A DNA stretch of 64,000 bases from an uncultured Gemmatimonadales bacterium (GTDB lineage Bacteria; Gemmatimonadota; Gemmatimonadetes; Longimicrobiales; Longimicrobiaceae), in assembly GCA_963716255.1 (NCBI GenBank), contig OY970303.1, positions 1,856,001 to 1,920,000 on the forward strand, read 5' to 3'. Under the pieces are notes generated by a model. The model ran no database searches, was not told the origin of the DNA, and worked only from the letters and a program-made list of their open reading frames with translations. Numbering within the stretch: position 1 is the first letter of the stretch; each line of letters starts with the position of its first letter. A program made the position numbers and the translations under genes. Shown one piece after another: positions 28,460 through 39,409 of this stretch.

Positions 28460-30526
28460 ATGCCGAACCGACTCGCGCAGGAGACCAGCCCCTACCTCCT
28501 CCAGCACCGGGACAACCCCGTGGACTGGTACCCTTGGGGCCCCGAGGCGCTGGAGCGCGCGCGCGCCGAGGACCGTCCCATCCTGCTGTCGGTGGGGTAC
28601 TCGGCCTGCCACTGGTGCCACGTGATGGAGCACGAGTCGTTCGAGGACGCGGCCACCGCCGCCGTGATGAACGAGCGGTTCGTCAGCGTCAAGGTGGACC
28701 GCGAGGAGCGGCCGGACATCGACTCCATCTACATGACGGCGGTGCAGCAGATGACGGGGCACGGCGGGTGGCCCATGACCGTCTTCCTCACCCCGGAGGG
28801 CGTCCCCTTCTACGGCGGCACCTACTTTCCGCCCGAGCCGCGCCACGGGATGCCCTCCTTCCGCCAGGTGCTCCTCGCGGTGGACGAGGCATACCGGGAG
28901 CGCCGCGCCGACGTGGACCGCAGCGCCGCCGAGCTGCACGCGCTGCTCCGCGAGGGGATGGCGGCGCGGGCGCCGGCGGGAGCGGCCGACGCGTCGGTTC
29001 TCGACCGCGCCTTCGGCCAGCTCGCCGCCCGCTTCGACGCGGGGCTCGGCGGCTTCGGGGGCGCGCCCAAGTTCCCGCAGCCCATGATTCTGGAGTTCGT
29101 GCTGCGGCACTGGAAGCGCACGGGGAGCCCCGATGCGCTCCAAATGGCCGCGCACACGCTGCGGCGCATGGCCGCGGGCGGGATGTACGACCAGGCGGGC
29201 GGCGGCTTCCACCGGTACAGCGTGGACGCGCGCTGGCTGGTCCCCCACTTCGAGAAGATGCTGTACGACAACGCCCTGCTGGCCCGCGTCTACCTGCAGG
29301 CGTGGCAGGCCACCGGCGACGCGGACTTCCGGCGTGTGGCGGAGGAGGTGCTGCGCTACGTGCGGCGGGAGATGCGCTCGCCGGAGGGCGGCTTCTACTC
29401 CGCGCAGGACGCCGACAGCGAGGGCGAGGAGGGCCGGTTCTACGTGTGGACGCCGGAGGAGGTGGATGCGCTCCTGGGCGCGGAGGACGGACCGCTGTTC
29501 CGCGCCTACTACGACGTGACGGCGGACGGGAACTTTGAAGGGAAGAACATCCTCCACGTGGACCGGAGCGTGGAGGAGGTCGCCGCGGAAGCCGGCGTTC
29601 CCGCGCAGCGGCTGGAGCAGGCGCTCGCCCGGGGGCGCGAGACCCTGTACGCCGCGCGGGCCGGGCGCGTGTGGCCCGGGCTGGACGACAAGGTGCTCAC
29701 CGCCTGGAACGCCATGATGCTGCGCACCTTCGCCGAGGCCGCGCGGGTCCTGGGCAGCGGCGAGTACCTGGAGGTGGCCAACGCCAGCGCCGATTTCCTC
29801 CTCCGCGAGCTGCGCCCCGGGGGCCGGCTCCTGCGCACCTGGAAGGACGGCCGGGCAAAGATCGACGCCTTCCTGGAGGACCACGCCCTGCTCGCCGACG
29901 CCCTGGTCTCGCTGTACGAGGCGACCGGGAACGTGGAGCGCGTCACGACGGCGCGCACCCTCGCCGACGCCATGCTGGAGCGCTTCTGGGACGAGGACGA
30001 GGGGGTCTTCTATGACACGGCGACCGACGCCGAGGCGCTGGTGGTGCGCCCGCGGGACACCTTCGACAACGCCACTCCCTCCGGCAGCTCGGCCGCGGTG
30101 ACGGCGCTCCTCCGCCTGGCCGTCCTCACCGGGGAGCCGCGCTACGGCCGCGTCGCCGCGCGCGTGCTGGAGGGGATGGGCGAGATCATGGCGCGCGTGC
30201 CGCAGGGCTTCGGCAACCTGCTTTCCGCCGCGGACTTCCACCTGGCCACACCGCAGGAGGTGGTGGTGGTGGGGCGGGCGGGCGAGCCGGGCACGGAGGC
30301 GCTGCTGGACGTGCTCCGCAGCCGCTACCTCCCCAACACCGTGCTGGCCCCCGCGGACCCGGACGTTGCGGCCGGAGCGGGGGAGCAGCTCCCGCTGCTG
30401 CGGGGGCGGACGCTGGTCGACGGCCGCGCCGCCGCCTACGTGTGCGAGCGGTACGCCTGCCGCCGCCCCGTGACCGAAGCCGCCGAGCTGGCGGCCATGC
30501 TGGACGGGAGCGCCGAGCCGCCGTGA
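28460..30526 (+). CDS. Thioredoxin-domain protein, YyaL/DUF255 family
   Basis: [38 protein letters not shown]. Confidence 0.93.
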   Translation: MPNRLAQETSPYLLQHRDNPVDWYPWGPEALERARAEDRPILLSVGYSACHWCHVMEHESFEDAATAAVMNERFVSVKVDREERPDIDSIYMTAVQQMTGHGGWPMTVFLTPEGVPFYGGTYFPPEPRHGMPSFRQVLLAVDEAYRERRADVDRSAAELHALLREGMAARAPAGAADASVLDRAFGQLAARFDAGLGGFGGAPKFPQPMILEFVLRHWKRTGSPDALQMAAHTLRRMAAGGMYDQAGGGFHRYSVDARWLVPHFEKMLYDNALLARVYLQAWQATGDADFRRVAEEVLRYVRREMRSPEGGFYSAQDADSEGEEGRFYVWTPEEVDALLGAEDGPLFRAYYDVTADGNFEGKNILHVDRSVEEVAAEAGVPAQRLEQALARGRETLYAARAGRVWPGLDDKVLTAWNAMMLRTFAEAARVLGSGEYLEVANASADFLLRELRPGGRLLRTWKDGRAKIDAFLEDHALLADALVSLYEATGNVERVTTARTLADAMLERFWDEDEGVFYDTATDAEALVVRPRDTFDNATPSGSSAAVTALLRLAVLTGEPRYGRVAARVLEGMGEIMARVPQGFGNLLSAADFHLATPQEVVVVGRAGEPGTEALLDVLRSRYLPNTVLAPADPDVAAGAGEQLPLLRGRTLVDGRAAAYVCERYACRRPVTEAAELAAMLDGSAEPP

Positions 30527-30688
30527 GCCCGTCCGTGCATGGCGGCGCGCCGCACCGCGCACTTGCCCCGCGCCCGCGCGGGCACGAAACTGTACGCCGC
30601 CCGACACCGCGACGCGACCCGCCCCGGCTCCCACCTCCCCGTGACCACCGCCCTCCGGAGCGCAGGCAGCATCCGTCAGCCGTGCAGC

Positions 30689-30724
30689 TGCAGGCTGTTC
30701 CCGGTTCCCTTTCCCCTGTTCCCT
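30689..30724 (-). repeat. Isolated family C leader (GGGAACA-type heptamers plus GCCTGCA)
   Basis: Reverse complement AGGGAACAGGGGAAAGGGAACCGGGAACAGCCTGCA matches the start of the family C copies. Confidence 0.7.
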
Positions 30725-30726
30725 TG

Positions 30727-31530
30727 ATGTTCGACTACTTCGGCGGCATCGACTTCTCCGGGGCCAAGGAGCCCCTTTCCAACCTGTGGAGCGCCGTCGG
30801 GCGCGAGCACGACGGCAAGCTCCACGTCGTGGCGCTCTGCCCCCACGCCTTCCGCCAGGACCTGGCCCACTACGTCGCCGGTGGATGGCGCCGGCTGGTC
30901 GGCGCGACCGGGGAGGCACCCATCCTGTGGGGCGCCGACTTCCCCTTCGGCCTCCCCGCCGCGGCGACCCGGACGATGGGCGAGACCGGCGCGGGGTGGG
31001 CGCAGCTGGTCGCCTGGGTGGCCGACCGCCCCGCCGACGAGGTCCGCGACGCCTTCCCGGAGCACCACAGGGCGCCGCGGCGGACGGACACCGGCGGGGC
31101 CATGGCGCCGCTGGACCTGCGCCTCTACAAGCAGACCACCGAGGGGCTTCGCTGGCTCCACGAGCTGCGGGAGACGGGGAACGTTTCCATCGTGCCCCAG
31201 GCGCCGAGCCCCGGCGCCCCCACGACGCTGGTGGAGGTGTACCCCTCCGGCACCGTAACCGACCTGGGCCTCCGCTGCCGCCGCACGCCCTCCCGTCCGG
31301 GGGAGGTGCGCGCACGCCCCGCCGCGCTCCGCCCGTACCTGACCTTCGCCGACCCCTGCACCGAAGCGATCGCCGTGACCCTGGAGGACGCCTGGGACGC
31401 GGTGATCGCCTGCCTCACCGCCTACCTGGCGCGCCACGACCTGGAGCAGCCGTTCCGCCTGCACCCCGGCGAGCGAGAGACGCTCGAGCGCGAGGGGTGG
31501 ATCTACCGTGCCCCGGACGCGCTCGGCTGA
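30727..31530 (+). CDS. DUF429-like predicted nuclease (RNase H-like fold)
   Basis: GGIDFSG, GADFPFGLP, LVEVYP, DAWDAVIA, EGWIY. Confidence 0.8.
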   Translation: MFDYFGGIDFSGAKEPLSNLWSAVGREHDGKLHVVALCPHAFRQDLAHYVAGGWRRLVGATGEAPILWGADFPFGLPAAATRTMGETGAGWAQLVAWVADRPADEVRDAFPEHHRAPRRTDTGGAMAPLDLRLYKQTTEGLRWLHELRETGNVSIVPQAPSPGAPTTLVEVYPSGTVTDLGLRCRRTPSRPGEVRARPAALRPYLTFADPCTEAIAVTLEDAWDAVIACLTAYLARHDLEQPFRLHPGERETLEREGWIYRAPDALG

Positions 31531-31568
31531 TCCGGGACTTGGTTGAAACGGCTTTGAACTGCGGGGTT

Positions 31569-31697
31569 GGGCGTGCCCCCGGCTGGCGCCGGGGTCGGGC
31601 TTCGGCTCCGTAGAGCAGCAAACAACGCTGCTCAACGGAGTCGAGCCCGCGCAAACAGCCGCGCGGTCTCGCCCCTTCGGGCCGAAATCCCTCACGC
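31569..31697 (+). repeat. Structured repeat family A, copy 4 (followed by module B1 to ~31776)
   Basis: Consensus match; compensatory stem CCGCGC/GCGCGG. Confidence 0.95.
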
Positions 31698-31871
31698 GGG
31701 GTGGGCACTGGCGTCCGCGCGGGTGGTCCCCCTCACCCCCCGGCCCCCTCTCCCCCGCAAGCGGGGGAAAGGGGGAGAACCGCACGGCGTCTTTGCCTTC
31801 AGCCCCTGGCTGACGCCCCGAAGAGCCTGATCTACACGGACTCCGCGTGAGACGCTCCGGACCCGGAAGCC

Positions 31872-31910
31872 AAAGAGGGCACCCCGCCGCGGCGGGTGCC
31901 CTCTGTTTTT
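31872..31910. terminator. Probable bidirectional intrinsic terminator
   Basis: AAAGAGGGCACCCG/CGGGTGCCCTCTGTTTTT between convergent genes. Confidence 0.75.
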
Positions 31911-31922
31911 ACGCCGGCCCTC

Positions 31923-32051
31923 GCGTGAGGGATTACGGCCCGAAGGGGCGAGACCCGGCGGCTGTTTGCCGGGGCTCGACTCCGTTAGCCCGCGTTGTTT
32001 GCGGGCTTACGGAGCCGAAGCCCGACCCCGGCGACAGCCGGGGGCACGCCC
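31923..32051 (-). repeat. Structured repeat family A, copy 5
   Basis: Reverse-complement match; inner stem GCCCGC/GCGGGC. Confidence 0.95.
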
Positions 32052-32097
32052 GAACCCGCCGTCATCGTCAGAGCCGTCGCCATCGGAGCCGTCACCG

Positions 32098-33816
32098 TCA
32101 GACCCTGGCGCCCTCCGGAACGGGAGCGGTGCGCAGGTCCTTGCGCAGGATCTTGCCGATGGGCGTCTTCGGCAGCTCGGTGCGGAACTCGATCTGCTTG
32201 GGGATCTTGTACGGGGCGAGCGACTCGCGGCAGTGGGCCACCAGCGCCTCCTCGGTGACGGCGGGATCCTTCTTGACCACGAACGCCTTGACCGCCTCGC
32301 CGGTGCGGTCGTCGGGGACGCCGATCACTCCCACCTCCTGCACCCCCGGGTGGCGGGAAAGGCATTCCTCCACCTCGTTGGGATACACGTTGAAGCCGCT
32401 CACCAGGACCATGTCCTTCTTGCGGTCCACGATGCGGAAGTACCCCTCCTCGTCCATCACCGCCACGTCTCCCGTGAACAGCCACCCGTCGCGGATCGCG
32501 CGGGCGGTCTCCTCCGGGCGGCGCCAGTAGCCGAGCATCACCTGCGGCCCCTGCGTCACCAGCTCCCCGGGCTCGCCCTGCGCCAGCGGGACCCCCGACT
32601 CGTCCACGCAGCGCACGTCGGTGGAGGGCATGGGGATCCCGATGGTGCCGTCCTTGACCTTGCCGCCCATGGGGTTGAAGCTGACCACCGGCGACGCCTC
32701 GGTGAGGCCGTACCCCTCCACCACCGGCGTTCCCGTCACCTGGTGCCAGCGCTCCGCCACCGAGCTGTGCAGCGCCATGCCGCCGGCCACCGAGGCGTTC
32801 AGCGTGCGCGGTGGGTTCTGCGCGAACCAGGGCTCGTTCAGCAGGGCGTTGAAGAGCGTGTTCACGCCCGTGAACCAGGTGACGCGGTAGTTCTCCCAGA
32901 CCTTTTTCAGGTTGGCGGGTGGACGGGGCGACGGGACCAGCAGGTTGTGCCCGCCCATCTGGTAGAAGCCCAGGAAGTTCACCGTGAAGGCGAAGATGTG
33001 GTACAGCGGCAGCGCCGTCAGCACCGTTTCCACCCCCGACTTGAGGCGCGGCCCCGCCATCTCCAGCATCTGCGCCGTGTTCGCCAGCAGGTTGCCGTGC
33101 GAGAGCATGGCGCCCTTGGACACGCCGGTGGTCCCGCCCGTGTACTGGAGCGCGGCCAGCGTGCCGTGCTCCACCCCCGCGAGGTAGCCCTGCAGGTCCA
33201 CCCCGGCCTTCAGCCGCTCGCGCCCGGCGGTCAGCGCGGCCTGGAAGGTGGTGTGCGGCACCGTGGTGGGCGGGATCTGCTTCTTCAGGTACTTGAGCAC
33301 CGTGCGGACGATCATCGCCTGCAGCGCCGGGAAGAACTCGGTGATGCGCACCGTCACCACCGTCTCCACCTGGGTCTTGGGGAGCACGGCGGGGAGGCGG
33401 TCGGCGAACATGTCGATGATCACCAGCACCCGCGCCTGCGAGTCCGAGAACTGGTGCACCATCTCCGGCGGCGTGTACAGCGGGTTGGTGTTCACCAGCA
33501 CGCACCCCGCCTTGAGGATGCCGATGATCACCACCGGGTACGCCAGGCAGTTGGGCATCTGCACCGCCACCCGGTCGCCGGCGTCCAGCCCCAGCCGCCC
33601 GCGCAGGTACGCCGCGAACTCGTCCGAGAGGCGGTCCACCTGCGCGTAGGTGAGAGAGGCGGCCATGCCGTTGGGCATGACCTGCGTGAACGCCGTGGAG
33701 GAGGCGTAGCGGGAAGCCGACTGGCGAGCCATGTCCGCCAGGCTCCGGAATGGGATCGGCGGGATCTCGGGACGGGTGCCTTCAGCGTAATGGGAGACCC
33801 ACGGACGGTCGCTCAT
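32098..33816 (-). CDS. fadD: Long-chain-fatty-acid--CoA ligase
   Basis: LQYTGGTTGVSKGAM, EGYGLTE, TGD, VDRKKDM, PKTPIGKILR. Confidence 0.92.
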   Translation of the reverse strand: MSDRPWVSHYAEGTRPEIPPIPFRSLADMARQSASRYASSTAFTQVMPNGMAASLTYAQVDRLSDEFAAYLRGRLGLDAGDRVAVQMPNCLAYPVVIIGILKAGCVLVNTNPLYTPPEMVHQFSDSQARVLVIIDMFADRLPAVLPKTQVETVVTVRITEFFPALQAMIVRTVLKYLKKQIPPTTVPHTTFQAALTAGRERLKAGVDLQGYLAGVEHGTLAALQYTGGTTGVSKGAMLSHGNLLANTAQMLEMAGPRLKSGVETVLTALPLYHIFAFTVNFLGFYQMGGHNLLVPSPRPPANLKKVWENYRVTWFTGVNTLFNALLNEPWFAQNPPRTLNASVAGGMALHSSVAERWHQVTGTPVVEGYGLTEASPVVSFNPMGGKVKDGTIGIPMPSTDVRCVDESGVPLAQGEPGELVTQGPQVMLGYWRRPEETARAIRDGWLFTGDVAVMDEEGYFRIVDRKKDMVLVSGFNVYPNEVEECLSRHPGVQEVGVIGVPDDRTGEAVKAFVVKKDPAVTEEALVAHCRESLAPYKIPKQIEFRTELPKTPIGKILRKDLRTAPVPEGARV

Positions 33817-34022
33817 CCTGCCCTCCTCTGGCTGGGGCTCCCCGGGACGCGCCGGAGGGCGCGGGGAGCGGTGGGGACCTCTTCCGCGGAGCGCGCAGGC
33901 CGCTCCGGCGGGATCCGGGACGATGGTGCTGGGGCGCCCTTGCGGGCGCGAAGGACTCGCTTGCCCCTCCATCATAGACGCGGCCGGAGAATACGGAAAG
34001 TGCCCCGTGCGCCGCGCCCATG

Positions 34023-34058
34023 AAAAAGGGGAGGCGCCGCGCGGCGCCTCCCCCGTTT
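34023..34058 (-). terminator. Intrinsic terminator after the flotillin gene
   Basis: GGGGAGGCGCC/GGCGCCTCCCC stem with a U5 tract on the minus strand. Confidence 0.8.
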
Positions 34059-34062
34059 CCTT

Positions 34063-35751
34063 CTACTCCGCCGCCGCGACCACGTCCGAGGCGCGGGCCG
34101 GCGCCCGCCCGTCGGCGGGGACCGACCGGTCGTCGGGCGAGGGCGGAGCCCCCCGCGAGGCCAGGGCCCGCTTCACCTCGTCCGACGCGGCCGCGCCGCC
34201 GGCCGTCGACCCTTCCTCCACCAGCTTGCCGAACATCGCCGGCAGCTCCACCCCGCCGATCTCCTGGATCACCTGCATCATGGGGGGCAGGGTGCGGGCC
34301 ATGTTGTTGAGGAACCCGGACGTGGCGCTGGTGCCGTTCCCGCCGCCCTCCCAGACCACCACCTTGTCGAACTTGATCCCGGAGATCGCCAGCGCCGCCG
34401 TCTCCGCCAGGTTGTCCACGTGCTCCAGCATGAGGAGCTGGAAGGCCTCCTTGGAGCCGCCGCAGGCGGCCACGATCTCGCGCAGGCCTTCGGCCTTCTT
34501 GGCCAGCATCTCGTACTGGCCGCGGGCCTCCGCCTCCAGCCGCGCGAAGGTCGCCGCCGCCTCGGCCTGCGCCGAGATGCGCCGCTTCTCCGCGTCCGCC
34601 TCAGCCTCCACGATGGTGCGGGCCTTCTCCGCCTTTGCGGGGGCCTCCAGCTCGGCGCGGCGCTCCGCCTCCACCCGCTCGGCGTCGGCGAGCGCCGCGC
34701 GGGCCATGGCGCGGTTCTGCGCTTCCTGCACCGCGGCCTCCGCCTCCCGCTTCCGCGTCTCGGAGAGCTGGTAGGCCTCGGCCTGCCTCACCTGGAGCTC
34801 CGCCTGCGTGGCCGCGATCGTCGCCTGCGCGGTCGCCTCGCCCGCGATGGCCTTCGCGTCGGCGCTGGCCACGGCGATGCGCTTGATCTGCTCCGCCTCC
34901 TTGACCTGCATCTCCCGCTGGAACGAGGCCGTCTGCTCGCCGATCTTCTGCTCCTTTTCCAGCTCCGCCACGCGCACCGCCTGCTCGCGCTGCGCCTCGC
35001 GGATGCCGATCTCCCGCTCCTTGCTGGCGTTGGCGACCTTGACCACCTTCTCGCGCTCCGCCTCCGCCACGCGCACCTCGCCCAGCTTCTCCTGCTCGGC
35101 CACGTCGCCGCGTGCCTTCTGCACCGCCTCCGCCGCCGCCTTGCGCCCGATCGCCTCGATGTAGCCCGAGTCGTCGCGAAGGTCGGTGATGTTCACGTTG
35201 ATCAGCACCAGGCCGATCTTCTTCAACTCCGGCTCCAGCGACTGCTGCACCTTGTGCAGGAAGCCGTCGCGGTCGCGGTTGATCTCCTCGATGCGCATGG
35301 AGGCGATCACCTGCCGGAGCTGGCCGAAGATGATGTCCGTGGCCTGCTTGGTGATGGAGGCGTGGTCCGACCCCAGCAGTCGGATCGCCGCGTTCTGCCG
35401 CACGTCCGGCTCGGTGCCGATGGCGACGGTGAACACGCTGGGCACCGCCACGCGGATGTTCTCGAAGGAGAGCGCGTCCTTGAGCGGGATGTTGATCTGG
35501 ATGGGCTCCAGGTCCAGGTAGGCGTACTCCTGGATCACCGGCCACACGAAAGTGCCGCCTCCCGAGATGCACTTGGCCGAGTTGCCGCCGCTGACCCGCC
35601 CGGAGATCACCAGCACCTTGTTGGCCGGGCAGCGCTTGTATCGCGAGACGAAGAGGAAGACGAGCCCCAGCCCCACGGCGAGCACGGCCATCAGGCCCCC
35701 CGTCGCCACGAAGGGAAGCGGGATCTGGATCAGGGCAAAAGTGCTAGGCAT
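34063..35751 (-). CDS. SPFH/flotillin-family protein
   Basis: SRYKRCPANKVLVISG, GGGTFVWPVIQ, AE-rich coiled coil. Confidence 0.92.
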   Translation of the reverse strand: MPSTFALIQIPLPFVATGGLMAVLAVGLGLVFLFVSRYKRCPANKVLVISGRVSGGNSAKCISGGGTFVWPVIQEYAYLDLEPIQINIPLKDALSFENIRVAVPSVFTVAIGTEPDVRQNAAIRLLGSDHASITKQATDIIFGQLRQVIASMRIEEINRDRDGFLHKVQQSLEPELKKIGLVLINVNITDLRDDSGYIEAIGRKAAAEAVQKARGDVAEQEKLGEVRVAEAEREKVVKVANASKEREIGIREAQREQAVRVAELEKEQKIGEQTASFQREMQVKEAEQIKRIAVASADAKAIAGEATAQATIAATQAELQVRQAEAYQLSETRKREAEAAVQEAQNRAMARAALADAERVEAERRAELEAPAKAEKARTIVEAEADAEKRRISAQAEAAATFARLEAEARGQYEMLAKKAEGLREIVAACGGSKEAFQLLMLEHVDNLAETAALAISGIKFDKVVVWEGGGNGTSATSGFLNNMARTLPPMMQVIQEIGGVELPAMFGKLVEEGSTAGGAAASDEVKRALASRGAPPSPDDRSVPADGRAPARASDVVAAAE

Positions 35752-36301
35752 CGAGAAGACCTCCGAGGTCGGGTGAGGGGACGACTTCGACGGTGTCGGG
35801 ACCGACCACGTCCACGACCACCACCTGTGCACCCGTGGGAAGGGGGTGCGAGGAAAGGGCCTGGTACTCCACCAGGCGGTCCTGCAGCCGCAGGTGCACC
35901 TTGCCCATCCCGGCGCGCCCGCCGGGGATGCTCAGGTACACGGTGGCGGGCTCGCCGACGGCCCGCTCGATGAGCACGGTCCCGTCGCTCTCCATGCGCA
36001 GGAGCGCCCGCATGGCCGCGGCCACGCCGACCGCCGCCCCGGCCCCCATGAGCAGCGCGAGCGGAATCGCCGCCACGAGCCCCAGCGGCGTGGCGTACCC
36101 GGCCAGCCCGCCGATGCCGAAGAAGGTGAGCCCCGCGGTCAGCGCACGGACGCTCAGCAGGTTGAGCCCTTCGGCGCCGTCGGTGTGGATGTCCAGGTGC
36201 GGCACGTCCACGCCGTGGTCCATCCCGAGAAGGCTCAGGAGGATCTGCAGCAGAAGGACGGCACCTCCGAGGACGGCGCAGGCCAGGAAGAGGGTTTCCA
36301 C
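35744..36301 (-). CDS. NfeD-like membrane protein (flotillin partner)
   Basis: Three TM helices and an OB-fold-like tail (ATVYLSIP...GKVHL...VVVVDVVG); overlaps the flotillin start. Confidence 0.85.
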   Translation of the reverse strand: METLFLACAVLGGAVLLLQILLSLLGMDHGVDVPHLDIHTDGAEGLNLLSVRALTAGLTFFGIGGLAGYATPLGLVAAIPLALLMGAGAAVGVAAAMRALLRMESDGTVLIERAVGEPATVYLSIPGGRAGMGKVHLRLQDRLVEYQALSSHPLPTGAQVVVVDVVGPDTVEVVPSPDLGGLLDA

Positions 36302-36472
36302 GTTGCGGAAGGGCGGCGGGTGGGACGCGGAACGGGCGCAGCGCGCCAAAAGTTCCGCGTCGGAAAGGTACCGGCCGGCAGCGGCCGCGTCAACCTGAAG
36401 ACAATACGCGTACGGGAGATGAAAGGTGTCGGGCCGCTCCAGGAACGGCTGTCCCGGGGGGCCGGGCCGAGG

Positions 36473-37147
36473 TCAGGCGATCGCGCGGCGGGCGGCGGCG
36501 AACACGTCGTCCAGCATCTCCGGGGTGAGGCGCCCGGTGAAGGTGTTCTGCTGGCTGGGGTGGTACGAGCCCACCAGGGTGAGCCCCCCCGGGAGGGGAA
36601 TCACCACCGCGTGGCCGAACTTCGGCTGCGGGACGGGAACGGCGTGGCCCCCCTCGCGCAGCAGGCGCAGGAGCTGGCCCCAGGCAAAGCCTCCCAGCGC
36701 GACGATCGCGCGCAGCTCCGGGAGGGCCCGGAGCTCGCGGAGCACCCAGGGTGCGCAGGCGTCGCGCTCCTCCGGGGTGGGGAGGTTGTCGGGCGGGGCG
36801 CACTTCACCGCGGCGGTCACCCAGGCGCCCCGCAGCGTCAGCCCGTCGCCGGCGTGCTCGGAGGTGGGCTGGCTGGCGAACCCGGCGCGGTGCATGGCCG
36901 CGAACAGCCAGTCGCCCGAGCGGTCGCCCGTGAACACGCGCCCGGTGCGGTTTGCGCCGTGCGCCGCCGGCGCCAGCCCGAACACCAGCAGCCGCGCCGC
37001 CGGGTCGCCGAACCCCGGAACGGGGCGGGCCCAGTAGTCCTGGTCGCGAAAGGCACGGCGCTTCTCGCGCCCTACTCGCTCCCGCCACTCCACCAGCCGC
37101 GGGCATTTCCGGCACCCGGTCACCTCGTCGTGCAGCACGTTCAGCAT
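36473..37147 (-). CDS. Uracil-DNA glycosylase, family 5 (UdgB-like)
   Basis: CRKCPRL Fe-S motif, [33 protein letters not shown]. Confidence 0.92.
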   Translation of the reverse strand: MLNVLHDEVTGCRKCPRLVEWRERVGREKRRAFRDQDYWARPVPGFGDPAARLLVFGLAPAAHGANRTGRVFTGDRSGDWLFAAMHRAGFASQPTSEHAGDGLTLRGAWVTAAVKCAPPDNLPTPEERDACAPWVLRELRALPELRAIVALGGFAWGQLLRLLREGGHAVPVPQPKFGHAVVIPLPGGLTLVGSYHPSQQNTFTGRLTPEMLDDVFAAARRAIA

Positions 37148-37173
37148 CGTTGCTTCTTTGAAGAGCGGGGTTT

Positions 37174-37302
37174 GGGCGTGCCCCCGGCTGGCGCCGGGGT
37201 CGGGCTTCGGCTCCGTAACGCACGATAAAACCGTGCGTAACGGAGTCGAGCCCCGGCAAACTGCCGTCGGGTCTCGACCCTTCGGGCCGAAATCCCTCAC
37301 GC
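37174..37302 (+). repeat. Structured repeat family A, copy 6
   Basis: Consensus match; inner stem ACGCACG/CGTGCGT with loop ATAAAAC. Confidence 0.95.
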
Positions 37303-37397
37303 GGGGCTCGCGCGGGCGTCCGGCATGCAGAACTCCCCACCCTCCTGGCGGAGGGTGGGGAGCCGTTATTCCTTCCGCTGGCGGGGCCCGGCGTGCC

Positions 37398-38528
37398 CTA
37401 CCGGCGGGCGGGGGGCTCCGAGGAGCGGGGCTCCGGCCGGACCGACTCCACGCGCGGGGGCTCGGGGCGGGGCGCCTCCACGCGGGGGGCGGGGTCGCTG
37501 CGGGGCTCCGGGCGGCTCGACTCCACCCGCGGCTCCGCGCGGCGCTCCACCTGCGGCTCCGGGCGCGAGTCGGCGTCGCCCGTCACGGGCTCGGACCTGC
37601 GCTCCGCGCGCTGCGAGTCGCCGCTGCGGTCCCAGGGGGCGTCGGTGGAGCGGCCTTCGGGGAGCCGCTCGGGCACGCGCACCCCGGGACGGCGCGCCGG
37701 CTCCGGTTCCGGGATCCTTTCCACCACCGCGGGCGGCGGAGCGGGTGTAGCCCCCACATCCACGCCCGGCTCCTGCGGCTCCGGGCGGCGCCGCGACGGC
37801 GGCTTGACGGCGCCCGAGTCCGGGCGCTGCGGGTCGGGCTCCTGCGCCAGCGGCGGGACGTCGTTCTGCAGGGCGCAGCCGCCGTACACGTAGTAGGCCG
37901 GCCCCTGGATGATCCGCCCGTCCTGGCACTGCACGCGGATCCACTGCATCGCCTCGTAGTCGCCGCCGTAGCTGCGCTCCGGATGCACCACGTACACGTC
38001 GTCCGACCAGTCGCCGGCCTCGCCGTAGGGGAGCACCAGCTCCGCCAGGTTCTCCATCAGCCCGTACGGGTTCCCGGAAGCGTAGCGCGACATCCCCAGC
38101 GAGCGCCGCAGCGCGCCCGGCGCGCCCAGGAAGCTCCCCAGCCGCAGCGGCGCGTCGGAAGCGATCATGTACAGGTAGCGCGCGCCCCCCCGCGACGTCG
38201 ACGTGAAGAACGGCGCCGGCTCGAAGTACGAGTAGTAGCTGCGCGACTGCGTCAGGAAGATGCTGTTGAGCCCGCTGGACAGGTAGTTCCGCTCGCCGCG
38301 GTACGCCGGGTACAGGAGCCCCACGCCACGCCCCGGGTAGATCTCGAAGATCGCGACGTGCGCGGGGCGGTTGGTGTTGACCATCAGCCGGCCCCCGCCG
38401 TTCACGATGCGGGCGCGGAGCGGCCGTCCATCGTACTGCGCCGGGTCCAGCCCGGCGGTGGGCGGCGCAGGAAGGACCGCGCACGACGAGAGGAGAGCGA
38501 CCAGTGCGAGAGTCGAAAGAGCTCTCAT
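37398..38528 (-). CDS. Lipoprotein with DUF4384-like domain and Pro/Glu/Arg-rich repetitive tail
   Basis: Lipobox [23 protein letters not shown] and [19 protein letters not shown] repeats; domain call is tentative. Confidence 0.7.
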   Translation of the reverse strand: MRALSTLALVALLSSCAVLPAPPTAGLDPAQYDGRPLRARIVNGGGRLMVNTNRPAHVAIFEIYPGRGVGLLYPAYRGERNYLSSGLNSIFLTQSRSYYSYFEPAPFFTSTSRGGARYLYMIASDAPLRLGSFLGAPGALRRSLGMSRYASGNPYGLMENLAELVLPYGEAGDWSDDVYVVHPERSYGGDYEAMQWIRVQCQDGRIIQGPAYYVYGGCALQNDVPPLAQEPDPQRPDSGAVKPPSRRRPEPQEPGVDVGATPAPPPAVVERIPEPEPARRPGVRVPERLPEGRSTDAPWDRSGDSQRAERRSEPVTGDADSRPEPQVERRAEPRVESSRPEPRSDPAPRVEAPRPEPPRVESVRPEPRSSEPPARR

Positions 38529-38745
38529 GGCGAGACTCGCGTGAGGGTGGACGTACGGACTCTGCATACCCGCGCGGCACAGATCCGTTCGGGTCCTCCC
38601 AAAAGCAACAAGCATTCCCGAGGAAACGAACCCGCAAGCCCATCACAACAAATAATTTACGATCTCCGCCAACGTCCGCTCCACCCCCGGGCGCACCCCC
38701 GGGAGGACGGGCGTGTACGCGGGAGGGGACAGCCGGCCGCGTCCC

Positions 38746-39114
38746 TCAGCTGCGCCACGCCACCCAGGCCAGGAGCGCCCACCCCGCCAGCAGCGCCACC
38801 CCGCCGACCGGGGTGACGGCGCCCAGCCAACGCGCCCCGCTCAGCGCCAGGACGTACAGGCTGCCGGAAAACACCACCGTCCCGGCGACGAACGCCCACC
38901 CCGCGGCCACCGCGGCGCCGGAGGCCCACCTCTCCACCGCCCACGCCACGGCCAGGAGCGCGAGGGCGTGGTACATCTGGTAGCGCGCCCCGGTCTCGAA
39001 CACCGCCAGCAGGTCCGCCGGCAGCCGGGCCCGCAGCGCGTGGGCCCCGAACGCCCCCGCCGCCACCCCGAGCAGCCCGAACAGGCACCCCAGCACCCAG
39101 AAGGTCTTCGCCAT
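38746..39114 (-). CDS. DUF423 (YgdD/TMEM256) membrane protein
   Basis: GAFGAH, YQMYHAL, FSGSLY, TPVGG. Confidence 0.92.
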   Translation of the reverse strand: MAKTFWVLGCLFGLLGVAAGAFGAHALRARLPADLLAVFETGARYQMYHALALLAVAWAVERWASGAAVAAGWAFVAGTVVFSGSLYVLALSGARWLGAVTPVGGVALLAGWALLAWVAWRS

Positions 39115-39409
39115 CAGCCGTGCATCCGCTCCCTGGATCATCGCGCACACCGGAGGATGCCCGCAAAGATGCCTGGGCCGGTCCCGCCGCGCCAGCGCCG
39201 GCACCCTCCAAAGGCCCTACCCCGGCGGGCACCCGCCGGCGCGGACGGCGGCCCACGCGACGGGACACCGCTCCTAAGTGCTGCCAGAATAGAAAGATGG
39301 AGGGCGTGCACCCTTGCAGAGGGAGCAATTGCGGGGAACGCGTCTTGCTGAGCCAGGGGCTCGAAGCGGCTCCACGCGCCCCTCGACCCGTTCCCCAGAC
39401 GCCGACCGC

